From Candidatus Rokuibacteriota bacterium (GTDB lineage Bacteria > Methylomirabilota > Methylomirabilia > Rokubacteriales > DASRDR01): a DNA stretch of 25,265 nt. Made by a program: the position numbers and the translations under genes. A model generated the notes under the pieces. The model ran no database searches and was not told where the DNA came from. It saw only the letters and a list, made by a program, of their open reading frames with translations. Numbering within the stretch: the first letter of the stretch is position 1; each line of letters opens with the position of its first letter. Of the stretch, positions 7,471 through 15,776 are shown one piece after another. The DNA lies in the NCBI GenBank assembly GCA_044866005.1, contig JBIOTN010000206.1, forward strand, positions 1-25,265, written 5' to 3'.

Positions 7471-7841
7471 CGGCCGGCGACCGTGCCGAGCCGCGCCGCC
7501 TGCCCGATCTGCCGGCCCTGCCGCGCGACGACCAGGGCCCGGTCTTTCGGGCCCCCTGGGAGGCGCAGGCCTTCGCGATGGCGGTGAGGCTCCACGAGGC
7601 GGGCCACTTCACGTGGCCCGAGTGGGCCGAGCGGCTCGCCGCCGAGATCAGGCGCGCCCAGGCGCGCGGCGACCCCGACGTCGGCACGACCTATTACGAG
7701 CACTGGCTCGCCGCGCTCGAAGGGATCGTGGCCGAGAAGGGCCTGGTCGGCGCCGAGGAGCTCGCCCGGCGGAAGGCGGCCTGGGCCGAGGCGGCGCGCC
7801 GGACCCCGCCGGGCCAGCCGATCGAGCTGGGCCCGCGCTAG
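7467..7841 (+). CDS. Nitrile hydratase accessory/activator protein (P14K/NhlE-like)
   Basis: C-terminal part of track ORF 6732..7841. GTG at 7467 overlaps the nthB stop. Motifs PVFRAPWEAQAFAMAVRL, FTWPEW, YYEHWLAALE and RTPPGQPIEL. Confidence 0.92.
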   Translation: MTAGDRAEPRRLPDLPALPRDDQGPVFRAPWEAQAFAMAVRLHEAGHFTWPEWAERLAAEIRRAQARGDPDVGTTYYEHWLAALEGIVAEKGLVGAEELARRKAAWAEAARRTPPGQPIELGPR

Positions 7842-8423
7842 GTGCGGGCCTCCCTCGCGCGGCTCGACGACGCCAGGGCGGGGCCGCCGGGCTTTCGCTA
7901 CGCGCCGGACGTCCTGACGGCGGCCGAGGAGCGCGAGCTGATCGCTCGGCTCGAAGGCCTCTCCTTCCAGGCCGTCCGGATGCGCGGCGTCGCGGCCCGG
8001 CGGACGGTCGTCCACTTCGGCTGGGACTACGGCTACGAGTCGGGGTCGATCCGGCCGACCGTCGCGATCCCGTCCGTCTTCGAGCCCGTGCGCGAGCGGG
8101 CCGCCCGCCTCGCGGGGCTCCCGCCGGCCGACCTCGAGCAGCTCCTGGTCGCGCGCTATCCGCCGGGCGCCGGGATCGGCTGGCACCGCGACGCCCCGAT
8201 GTTCGGCCCGGTCGTCGTCGCGCTGTCGCTCGCCGCGCCCGGCCTTCTCCGGTTCCGCCGGGGCGAGGGCGCGACCCGCGAGCTCCGCCGCATCCGGCTC
8301 GCGCCGCGCTCGGCCTACGTCCTGAGCGGCGCGGCGCGCGCGGCCTGGCAGCACAGCATCCCGCCCGTCGGCGCGCTGCGCTATTCCCTCTCCTTCCGGA
8401 CGCTCCGGCGGCCGGGCCGATAA
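7842..8423 (+). CDS. AlkB-family 2-oxoglutarate/Fe(II) dioxygenase
   Basis: YPPGAGIGWHRD (HxD), WQHSIPP (distal His) and RYSLSFR (2OG-binding Arg). Starts immediately after the accessory gene stop. Confidence 0.88.
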   Translation: MRASLARLDDARAGPPGFRYAPDVLTAAEERELIARLEGLSFQAVRMRGVAARRTVVHFGWDYGYESGSIRPTVAIPSVFEPVRERAARLAGLPPADLEQLLVARYPPGAGIGWHRDAPMFGPVVVALSLAAPGLLRFRRGEGATRELRRIRLAPRSAYVLSGAARAAWQHSIPPVGALRYSLSFRTLRRPGR

Positions 8424-8461
8424 GCGTCGCATCCCGGCGTCCTCGGGCCGCGCCCGGACGC

Positions 8462-9733
8462 TCAGAAGGGGGCGAGCGCGCCGTCGGGGCCGAAGGCGAG
8501 CGGGGCGGGTTCGGTGAGGCGGGTCAGCTCCGGCCGTGTCGCGCGCTCGGGGAGCAAGGCCTCGGACACCTCGACCTCGGCCAGGCGCAGCGTGTTCTTG
8601 ATGCGGATCACGCGGGCGTCCTGGACCCGCGCCTTGCCGAGGCAGGCCAGCGCGACCGCAATCGCGTCCCGCGCGGTGTCGAGGACCGGGGGCAGCTTTC
8701 CGCCGGCCGGCGAGCAGGCGGTCAGGTTGTTGATGTAGGTCGCCTCCCAGTCGATCTTGTCGGCCAGCCGCCGCGTCGTGAAGTCGGCGAAGCCGATCCC
8801 GGCGGCGTTGCCGTAGCTCAAGGCCGTCAGGGCGCAGGGGACGACGAAGGTGATCTTCGGGCTCGTGAAGGGCCGCTCGAAGAAGGTGCCGTGGCGGCCG
8901 ATCACGTTCGTGTCCATGCCGGTCCCCGAGATGTCCTTGCCCATCTCGTCCACGATCAGGAGGTCGACGGGGTCGAACGGGAGCTTCGCCATCCACGCCT
9001 TCGCCTTCCGCAGGAGCTCGCGCTCGCCGGCCTCCAGGGCGGCCGGCAGGAACGCCTCGACGAGCGCCGTCTCGTCGGCCCCGTTCTCGACGACCCCGAG
9101 GCCGAAGGCGATCCGGCCGACCCGGAGCATCTCGCGGCCCAGCGCCGTGATCATCTTCTCGTAGCCGAGGCTGATGTTCGCCCGGTGCGCCTGGACGGCG
9201 CCGACGTGCTTCCCCATGCCGATCGTCATCATCTTGAAGAGGCCCGAGCCGATCTCGCCGGCGAACCCCGTGTGCGGCTTGACGCGGTTCACGACGCCGA
9301 TCCAGTCCGCCTCGGCGGCGAAGCGGTCGAGCCAGATGGGCAGGCCGAGCACCTCGCCCACCTGGACGACGTCCATGGTCGCCCGGATCGGGCAGCCCAT
9401 CGCCGACTCGGTGACCCCGTAGTGCTCGAGCACCGAGCGCTGGCCCTCGGCGGTGCCGCCGCCGTGGCTCCCCATCGCGGGGAAGATGAACGGCCGGGCG
9501 CCGAGCGCGGTCAGATGCTCGACGGCGGCCCGGAGGACGACGTCGATGTTGACGACCCCGCGGCTGCCCGCGGTCAGCGCGACCGTCTGGCCCGGCCGGA
9601 CCGGGAGCGCGACGCGCCCGAGCGCCTCGCGCACCGCCGCCGCCACGTCGGGGAGCATCGGCCCGGCGAACTCTTGCTTGACGCGGATCATCCGCGGGAA
9701 TTCGGTCGCGCGCGGGACGCCCGTGAGCTTCAT
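8462..9733 (-). CDS. Lactate racemase (LarA N-terminal/DUF2088)-like protein
   Basis: TAGSRGV, PAMGSHGGGTAEGQ, NRVKPHTGF, SGLFKMMTIGMGK and GKDISGTGMDTNVIGR. GGAGGAGG RBS upstream. Confidence 0.8.
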   Translation of the reverse strand: MKLTGVPRATEFPRMIRVKQEFAGPMLPDVAAAVREALGRVALPVRPGQTVALTAGSRGVVNIDVVLRAAVEHLTALGARPFIFPAMGSHGGGTAEGQRSVLEHYGVTESAMGCPIRATMDVVQVGEVLGLPIWLDRFAAEADWIGVVNRVKPHTGFAGEIGSGLFKMMTIGMGKHVGAVQAHRANISLGYEKMITALGREMLRVGRIAFGLGVVENGADETALVEAFLPAALEAGERELLRKAKAWMAKLPFDPVDLLIVDEMGKDISGTGMDTNVIGRHGTFFERPFTSPKITFVVPCALTALSYGNAAGIGFADFTTRRLADKIDWEATYINNLTACSPAGGKLPPVLDTARDAIAVALACLGKARVQDARVIRIKNTLRLAEVEVSEALLPERATRPELTRLTEPAPLAFGPDGALAPF

Positions 9734-9856
9734 GGTCCTCCTCCGGCCTCCATTCTAGCTTGCCGCCGGGTCCGGCGGTCGTGTAGCGTGGACCGGTCTC
9801 CGATGGCGTCCCCTCTCCGCTCCCCGCGCGCCCCAGGCCCCGCCCGCTGACCCGGC

Positions 9857-11020
9857 ATGGCGCTCCCGAAGAGTGCCAGCGTCGTCGTGATCGGCGGGGG
9901 CGTGGTCGGCTGCAGCATCGCCTACCATCTCGCCCGGCGCGGCCTGCGCGACGTGCTGGTCCTCGAGCGGGAGACGATCGGCAGCGGGACCACCAGCAAG
10001 GCGGCGGGCGGGATCCGCGCCCAGTTCGCGACCGAGACCGAGGTCCGCTTCTCCCAGGAGAGCCTCCGGGTGTTCGCCGCCTTCGCGGAGGAGTTCGGCG
10101 TCGATCCCGGCTTCCGGCGGATCGGCTACCTCTTCCTCGTCAGCGACGCGGCCGACCTCGCCGGCTTCCAGGCGCGCGTGGCGCTCCAGCGCCGCCTGGG
10201 CGTGGACGTCCGCGTGATCACGCCCCGAGACGCGCGAGAGCTCGTCCCGGCGCTCCACGTGGACGACCTGATCGCCGCGGTGTGGGGCCCGGAGGACGGC
10301 CTGGCCGGCCCGGCCGAGGTGACGCAGGGCTTCGCCCGCCGGGCCCGCGAGCGCGGGGCGCGCCTCGTCGAAGGGGTCGCGGTGACGGGCCTGGTCCTCG
10401 AGGGGGGGCGCGTCCGCGGCGTCCGCACGGGGGAGGGCGTGGTCGCGGCGCCGGTCACCGTCAACGCAGCGGGCCCGGCGGCCGCGCGCGTGGGCCGCCT
10501 CGCCGGCCTCACGCTGCCCGTCGCCCCGCGTCGCCGGCACATCTTCTTCACCGAGCCGTTCCCCGAGCTGCCGGGGCCCGTCCCGCTCACCACCGACCGC
10601 GCGAGCGGCTTCTACTTCCGCAAGGAGCTGGAGCAGGTGCTGTTGAGTCCCGGCGACGTCCAGGACATCGGGGAGGACCTCGCCGCCCCCGTGGACTGGG
10701 GCATGGTCGAGGAGGCCGTAACGAAGGCCGTCCATCGGGTCCCCGCGCTCGAGCGGGCCCGCATCGCCGGCGGCTGGGCGGGGCTCCGGCCGCTCACGCC
10801 GGACGACCACGCGATCATCGGCCCGGCGCCCGGTGTGGAGGGGTTCTTCCTCGCCGTCGGCTTCGGCGGCCACGGCTTCCAGCACTCGCCGGCCACCGGA
10901 CGGCTGGTCGCCGAGTGGCTGACGGAGGGAAAGCCCTCGATGGACCTCTCGCTCTTCGACCCGGCCCGCTTCGAGGCGGGTGGCGCCGCCCCCGCCGACC
11001 CTGGCCCGGATGCCGAGTGA
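9857..11020 (+). CDS. FAD-dependent oxidoreductase, DAO/sarcosine oxidase beta-like
   Basis: VVIGGGVVG dinucleotide-binding motif, GSGTTSKAAGG, WAGLRPLTPD and GFGGHGFQHSPATG. Confidence 0.92.
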   Translation: MALPKSASVVVIGGGVVGCSIAYHLARRGLRDVLVLERETIGSGTTSKAAGGIRAQFATETEVRFSQESLRVFAAFAEEFGVDPGFRRIGYLFLVSDAADLAGFQARVALQRRLGVDVRVITPRDARELVPALHVDDLIAAVWGPEDGLAGPAEVTQGFARRARERGARLVEGVAVTGLVLEGGRVRGVRTGEGVVAAPVTVNAAGPAAARVGRLAGLTLPVAPRRRHIFFTEPFPELPGPVPLTTDRASGFYFRKELEQVLLSPGDVQDIGEDLAAPVDWGMVEEAVTKAVHRVPALERARIAGGWAGLRPLTPDDHAIIGPAPGVEGFFLAVGFGGHGFQHSPATGRLVAEWLTEGKPSMDLSLFDPARFEAGGAAPADPGPDAE

Positions 11021-11029
11021 GCCGGGAGG

Positions 11030-11200
11030 CTACGGACGCTCGGTGCGGGCGGCCGTCGCGGGGTCCGTCAGCTCGAGGCGGCGCTTGCCGAGCCAGCGGC
11101 GCAGCAGGCGGCGGCGGGCGCGGGCGCTCCAGCGGGGCAGGACATCGAGCAGGAGCGCCACAGCGACGCTGAGGGCGAAGAGCCAGAATAGCGTGCCCAT
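11030..11200 (-). CDS. Small (56 aa) single-pass membrane protein, hypothetical
   Basis: Internal ATG 11200 with a GGGAGGT RBS. Hydrophobic stretch MGTLFWLFALSVAVALLLDVL followed by an Arg-rich segment. Confidence 0.6.
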   Translation of the reverse strand: MGTLFWLFALSVAVALLLDVLPRWSARARRRLLRRWLGKRRLELTDPATAARTERP

Positions 11201-11225
11201 GGGCACCTCCCTCGCCGACGGGGAA

Positions 11226-11242
11226 TGCATCGGCCGGGCCAG
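11226..11242 (-). promoter_or_regulatory. Putative sigma54 (-24/-12) promoter
   Basis: Minus strand CTGGCCCGGCCGATGCA has GG and GC at the canonical spacing of TGGCACG-N4-TTGCW. It sits 25 nt upstream of ATG 11200. Confidence 0.55.
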
Positions 11243-11469
11243 AGGTGCCCGAGCACAACTGCGCGGGAAACCGGACCCCCGTCCCGCCGCACGACGGGTC
11301 GTCGGCGACATTCTGGCCGATCCACCGGCCGGCCGGTCGGGAAATGACCAGCGCGGGCTGCGGTATCATCAGGCTGAGTGACGGGGCCCGCGCGCGGCGG
11401 CGTGCCGCCGCGCCCGCCTTGCCAGCGCCAGCCCGATCGCCCTCGGACCCGCTCGGGTCGGCCGCTCCG

Positions 11470-11505
11470 AACACCAGAACGCCCGGGCCCCCTTCGGGCC
11501 CGGGC
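11470..11505 (-). terminator. Probable intrinsic terminator of the GMC operon
   Basis: Perfect 10-bp stem GCCCGGGCCC-GAAGG-GGGCCCGGGC followed by GTTCTGGTGTT, about 35 nt after the stop codon. Confidence 0.6.
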
Positions 11506-11539
11506 GTCCCGGAGCACCGCCAGACGCTCGCTCGGGATG

Positions 11540-13108
11540 CTAGATGTTGCGCTTGGACATCTGGTCGGCGATGTAGCCGGCCTGGCGGATCGCCAGGGTG
11601 ACGATGGTGAGCGTCGGGTTCTCGGCGCCACCGGTCGTGAACTGGCTCCCATCGGAGATGAACAGGTTGGCGATGTCGTGGGTCTGGCCCCACTTGTTGC
11701 AGACGCCGTCGGCCGGTCTCGCGCTCATCCGGTTCGTCCCGAGGTTGTGGGTGGAGGGATAGGGCGGCACCTCGTAGGTCTTGAGCGCCCCCACGGCCTG
11801 GTAGACAGCCGAGCCCTGCCGGTAGGCGTGGCTGCGCATGGCCACGTCGTTGGGGTGGTCGTCGAAGTGGACGTTGGGCACGGGCAGCCCGTACTGATCC
11901 TTCTCGGTCGGGTGGAGCGTCACCCGGTTCGTCTCCTGCGGCATGTCCTCTCCCACGATCCACATCCCGGCCATGTGGGTGTAGGTGTCGAGCGTCCCGG
12001 TGAACGGCTCTCCGTAGGCGCCCGGATTCAGGAAGGCCGCCAGGAACGGCAGGCCGAGCGACAGCGTCTCCAGCTCGTAGCCACCGACGAAGCCGCGGAC
12101 GGGGTTGTTGGCGCTCTCGTCGGTGATGATCCCGGCCATGGTCGTGCCGCGATGCATGTTCACGGGCATCTCGAAGCTGGCGTAGACCGAACCGGTCGTG
12201 TGCCGCATGTAGTTCTTGCCCACCAGCCCCGAGGAGTTGGCCAGACCGTTCGGGAACCTCGACGAGGTCGAGTTGAGGAGCAGGCGCGGGCTTTCGATCG
12301 AGTTGCAGGCGACGCACACGACCCGGGCTTTCTGAACGTGCTGGCTGCCGGCTTTGTCGGCGTAGAGCACGCCGGTCACCTTGCCGATGGCGTCGTGCTG
12401 GATCCTCAGGACGTGGGATTCCGGCCGCAGATCCAGGTTTCCGGTGGCCTCGGCCTTGGGGATCTCCGTATAGAGGACCGACCACTTCGCGGCGGTCTTG
12501 CAGCCCTGGAAGCAGAAGCCGAGCTGCTGGCACGCTGGGCGGCCGTCCCGCGGCTGGCTGTTGATCGCCATGCGGCCGGTGTGCACGTTCTGGTAGCCGA
12601 GCCGCCTGGCGCCGTTGTACATGACCTTGAAGTTGTTGTTGCCGGGGAGCCCGGGAATCCCGTGGGTCCGGGTCACCCCCAGCTTGTCCTCCGCCCGGTC
12701 GTAGTAGGGCTCGAGCTCCTGAAGCGTCAGCGGCCAGTCGAGCAGGCTGGCACCCGGGATGTTGCCGTACACGGTTCGGACGCGGAACTCGTGCTCCTGA
12801 AACCGCAAGCTGGCGCCGGCCCAGTGCACGGTGGTGCCCCCTACGGTCTTGCAGAGCCAGGCAGGCAGGCCGGGGAAGTCCTTGGCGACGCGCCAGGTGC
12901 CCGACGTCGTGCGCTTGTCCAGCCAGGCCGTCTGTGTGAAGGCCTGCCATTCGTCGTTGACGAAGCTCGCGATCGACAGCCGCGGCCCCGCCTCCAGCAG
13001 CACGACCTTGACGCCCTTCTGGCACAGCTCGTTGGCGAGCGTGCCGCCGCTGGCGCCGCTGCCGATCACCACTACGACGCTGTCGTCCTTCAGATCGAAC
13101 GTGGCCAT
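11540..13108 (-). CDS. GMC-family flavoprotein oxidoreductase (large subunit)
   Basis: Start at MATFDLKDDSVVVVIGSGASGG. Motifs KTVGGTTVHW, CQQLGFCFQGC, NSSGLVGKNYM, HNLGTNRM and NPTLTIVTLA. Confidence 0.93.
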   Translation of the reverse strand: MATFDLKDDSVVVVIGSGASGGTLANELCQKGVKVVLLEAGPRLSIASFVNDEWQAFTQTAWLDKRTTSGTWRVAKDFPGLPAWLCKTVGGTTVHWAGASLRFQEHEFRVRTVYGNIPGASLLDWPLTLQELEPYYDRAEDKLGVTRTHGIPGLPGNNNFKVMYNGARRLGYQNVHTGRMAINSQPRDGRPACQQLGFCFQGCKTAAKWSVLYTEIPKAEATGNLDLRPESHVLRIQHDAIGKVTGVLYADKAGSQHVQKARVVCVACNSIESPRLLLNSTSSRFPNGLANSSGLVGKNYMRHTTGSVYASFEMPVNMHRGTTMAGIITDESANNPVRGFVGGYELETLSLGLPFLAAFLNPGAYGEPFTGTLDTYTHMAGMWIVGEDMPQETNRVTLHPTEKDQYGLPVPNVHFDDHPNDVAMRSHAYRQGSAVYQAVGALKTYEVPPYPSTHNLGTNRMSARPADGVCNKWGQTHDIANLFISDGSQFTTGGAENPTLTIVTLAIRQAGYIADQMSKRNI

Positions 13109-13122
13109 GGCGTGCCCCCCCC

Positions 13123-13686
13123 TCATCCGACCCTCGGGCTCGCCTCTTCGGGCGGGTCCGGCAGCCAGCTCAGATCGTTGAAGCCCCGGTGAAGGTAGCC
13201 GCCGTACTGGAAGGAAGCGCCTTCGTAGCCGAAGTGACGCCACACGAGGGGGTCGTTGTAGATGGCGACCACGGCCTTGCCCTTGACCGCGTCGAGCAGC
13301 TTGGGCTGGGCCTGCAAGGCGGCGAGCTGATAGCCCGGGGACAGGTCGACCCACTTCACGCCCATGGCCCTGTCGAGCGCGGCGACGCCGTCCTTGAGCA
13401 TTCGGGCAGTGTCGGCCGACTTCTGCGCGTCCTCGTCGAGCCCTTTGACCACGCCGGCGTAGTACACGTCGGCGAGGGTTCGGTGGGGGAAGATCCTGCG
13501 CGCGACCTTGAGCAGCGTCATCGCCTCGTGCTCGTTGAGGGTCTTGAGCTCGAGCCCCCAGAGCCCGGCCTCCGCGGACAGCGGAACGAGCGACACGCCG
13601 GCCGAGATCATGGTCGCCGCCGCGGCCGCGCCCCCGGCCAAACGCAGGAAGGTCCGGCGATCCAGTGGTGGTAGTTGGGCGCTCAT
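13123..13686 (-). CDS. Tat-signal small subunit (gluconate 2-dehydrogenase subunit 3-like) partner of the GMC enzyme
   Basis: AAGGAGG RBS; twin-arginine signal DRRTFLR; C-terminal YNDPLVWRHFGYEG...GGYLHRGFNDLSWLP. Lies 14 nt upstream of the GMC gene. Confidence 0.85.
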   Translation of the reverse strand: MSAQLPPLDRRTFLRLAGGAAAAATMISAGVSLVPLSAEAGLWGLELKTLNEHEAMTLLKVARRIFPHRTLADVYYAGVVKGLDEDAQKSADTARMLKDGVAALDRAMGVKWVDLSPGYQLAALQAQPKLLDAVKGKAVVAIYNDPLVWRHFGYEGASFQYGGYLHRGFNDLSWLPDPPEEASPRVG

Positions 13687-14247
13687 CTGGTGTCCCTCCT
13701 TGATCGTGTCCCGCACGCGCTTCTTTTCGTTGGCTCGACGCTGTCGGGGGGCCGTCGGCGTGCCTGCGGCGGACTACCCTTCAGCGCGGCGGAGCGGCCC
13801 GAGGAGGCGTTCGCGCGCCGACGAGGATTCCGGAGCGTGCTGACGAGGCGGGGAAAGCTTTGCCCATCGGCCGGTTCGTCGGCCGTCGCCTCCCGCCGCG
13901 CGGTCCGCGGGATGGATGGGGGCAACCGGCCAGGTGAGCCGAACGGCCCATGCGGGTGGTGCACCGACCCCGACCCGCGTGAGCGATGCGGGAGGAGTCC
14001 CTTCCGTCTGCTGCCTGGACGCCGGAGACCATGGGGCCTACGTCTCCCGTCTCCTGCCGCGAAGCATCTGGTCACGACCAGGGGCCGCTGTCAAGCCCCG
14101 GGCCCGAGGCGGCGTGGCGCGTGGGGTATCATGGACCCGTCGCCGCGGCGAAGATGGACGGGAGCGGGAGTCGGCGCGGAGTCCGCGCGGGCGCGCCCCC
14201 TCCGAGCCGCCATGCTCGAGACGCCACCACACGGGGAGGAGCCCCAA

Positions 14248-15735
14248 ATGCCCGAGGCCGCCAAGCCCCGCACGCTGGGCGAGCTGCGCCGCGCCGGCTA
14301 CCAGCCGACGACCGTGCGCGAGGAGATCCACGACAACCTCGTCCGCCGCCTCGAGGCCGGCGAGCGGCTCTTCCCCGGCATCGTGGGCTACGAGGAGACC
14401 GTCATCCCCGAGCTGGTCCACGCGCTCCTCGCCGGCCAGAACGTCATCGTGCTCGGCGAGCGCGGTCAGGCGAAATCCCGCCTCATCCGGGCGGTGACCA
14501 CGCTCCTCGACCATGATGTGCCGGTCGTCGCGGGCAGCGAGCTCCACGACAGCCCCTTCGCCCCGGTCAGCCCCGCCGCGCGGCGCCGCCTCGCCGAGGA
14601 GGCCGACGCGCTGCCCGTCGAGTGGCTCCCGCGCGAGGCCCGGTACGCGGAGAAGCTCGCCACGCCGGACGTCTCCATGGCCGACCTCATCGGCGACGTG
14701 GACCCCATCAAGGTCGCCGAGGGGCGGTACCTCTCCGACGAGCTGACGATCCACTACGGGCTCGTCCCCCGCGCGAACCGCGGCCTCTTCTGCGTCAACG
14801 AGCTGCCGGACCTCCCCGAGCGCATCCAGGTGGGCCTCTTCAACCTGATGGAGGAGCGGGACGTCCAGATCAAGGGGTACCGCATCCGCCTGCCGCTCGA
14901 CCTGCTGGTCTTCGCCACGGCCAACCCGGAGGACTACACGAACCGCGGGCGCATCATCACGCCGCTCAAGGACCGGTTCGGCGCACAGGTCCGGACCCAC
15001 TATCCCCGGACGCTCGCGGACGAGCTGGCCATCGTGGAGCAGGAGCGGAGCCGCCTCCCCGGCGGCGACGAGCGCGTCGTCGTGCCGGATTACATGGCCG
15101 AGATCGTCGCCGAGCTGAGCGCGCTCGCGCGCCAGAGCCCCGACGTCAACCAGCGGTCCGGCGTCAGCGTGCGCGTCAGCATCGCCAACTACGAGACGCT
15201 CCGGAGCGCCGCGCTCCGCCGGGCGCTCAGCCTCGGCGAGAAGCCGGGGGCGCCGCGGATCACCGATCTCCCCGCGCTCCTGGCCTCCATGCGCGGGAAG
15301 ATCGAGCTCGAGTCGGTGGAGGACGGGCGCGAGGCGGCGGTCATCGACGAGCTGACCAAGCGCGCGGTGATGGCCGTCTTCGCGCGCCGGCTCGCCGTCC
15401 GCGAGCTCGGCGACCTCGTGGCGGCGTTCGACCAGGGCCTGGCCGTCACCACGGGGGCGTCGGTGCCCGCGGCCGACTACCTCCGGCTGCGGGACGCGGT
15501 CACGGGGTTGCGGGCGGCGGTCGAGCGCCTGGGCGGCGGCGGCTCCGCGGCCGAGACCGCCGCGGCGGTGGAGCTCGTGCTCGAAGGCCTCCACCTCCAC
15601 CGCCGGCTCAACCGCGAGCGGGTCGGCGGCGCCGTGACCTACCGCCGGGCGTCCGGACGCGAGGGCGAGGAGCCCGGGCCGCGCCCGCGACGGGAGTGGC
15701 GGCGAGAGGCCGGGCGGCCGCCCGGCGACGGCTGA
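14248..15735 (+). CDS. Magnesium chelatase/MoxR-like AAA+ ATPase
   Basis: Start at MPEAAKPRTLGELR with a GGAGGAG RBS. Walker A-like GERGQAKS, DLIGDVDPIKVAEG, Walker B-like FCVNELPDL and TANPEDYTNRGRIITPLKDRFG. Confidence 0.92.
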   Translation: MPEAAKPRTLGELRRAGYQPTTVREEIHDNLVRRLEAGERLFPGIVGYEETVIPELVHALLAGQNVIVLGERGQAKSRLIRAVTTLLDHDVPVVAGSELHDSPFAPVSPAARRRLAEEADALPVEWLPREARYAEKLATPDVSMADLIGDVDPIKVAEGRYLSDELTIHYGLVPRANRGLFCVNELPDLPERIQVGLFNLMEERDVQIKGYRIRLPLDLLVFATANPEDYTNRGRIITPLKDRFGAQVRTHYPRTLADELAIVEQERSRLPGGDERVVVPDYMAEIVAELSALARQSPDVNQRSGVSVRVSIANYETLRSAALRRALSLGEKPGAPRITDLPALLASMRGKIELESVEDGREAAVIDELTKRAVMAVFARRLAVRELGDLVAAFDQGLAVTTGASVPAADYLRLRDAVTGLRAAVERLGGGGSAAETAAAVELVLEGLHLHRRLNRERVGGAVTYRRASGREGEEPGPRPRREWRREAGRPPGDG

Positions 15736-15776
15736 GATCCTCGGAGGCGCGCCCCCCTCCGAACGGGAGGACGGCG

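Noticed and set aside
13850..13875. GGGCAAAGC on the minus strand resembling part of a c-di-GMP-I riboswitch
   Set aside because: The GAAA-tetraloop stem and the second conserved segment are absent.
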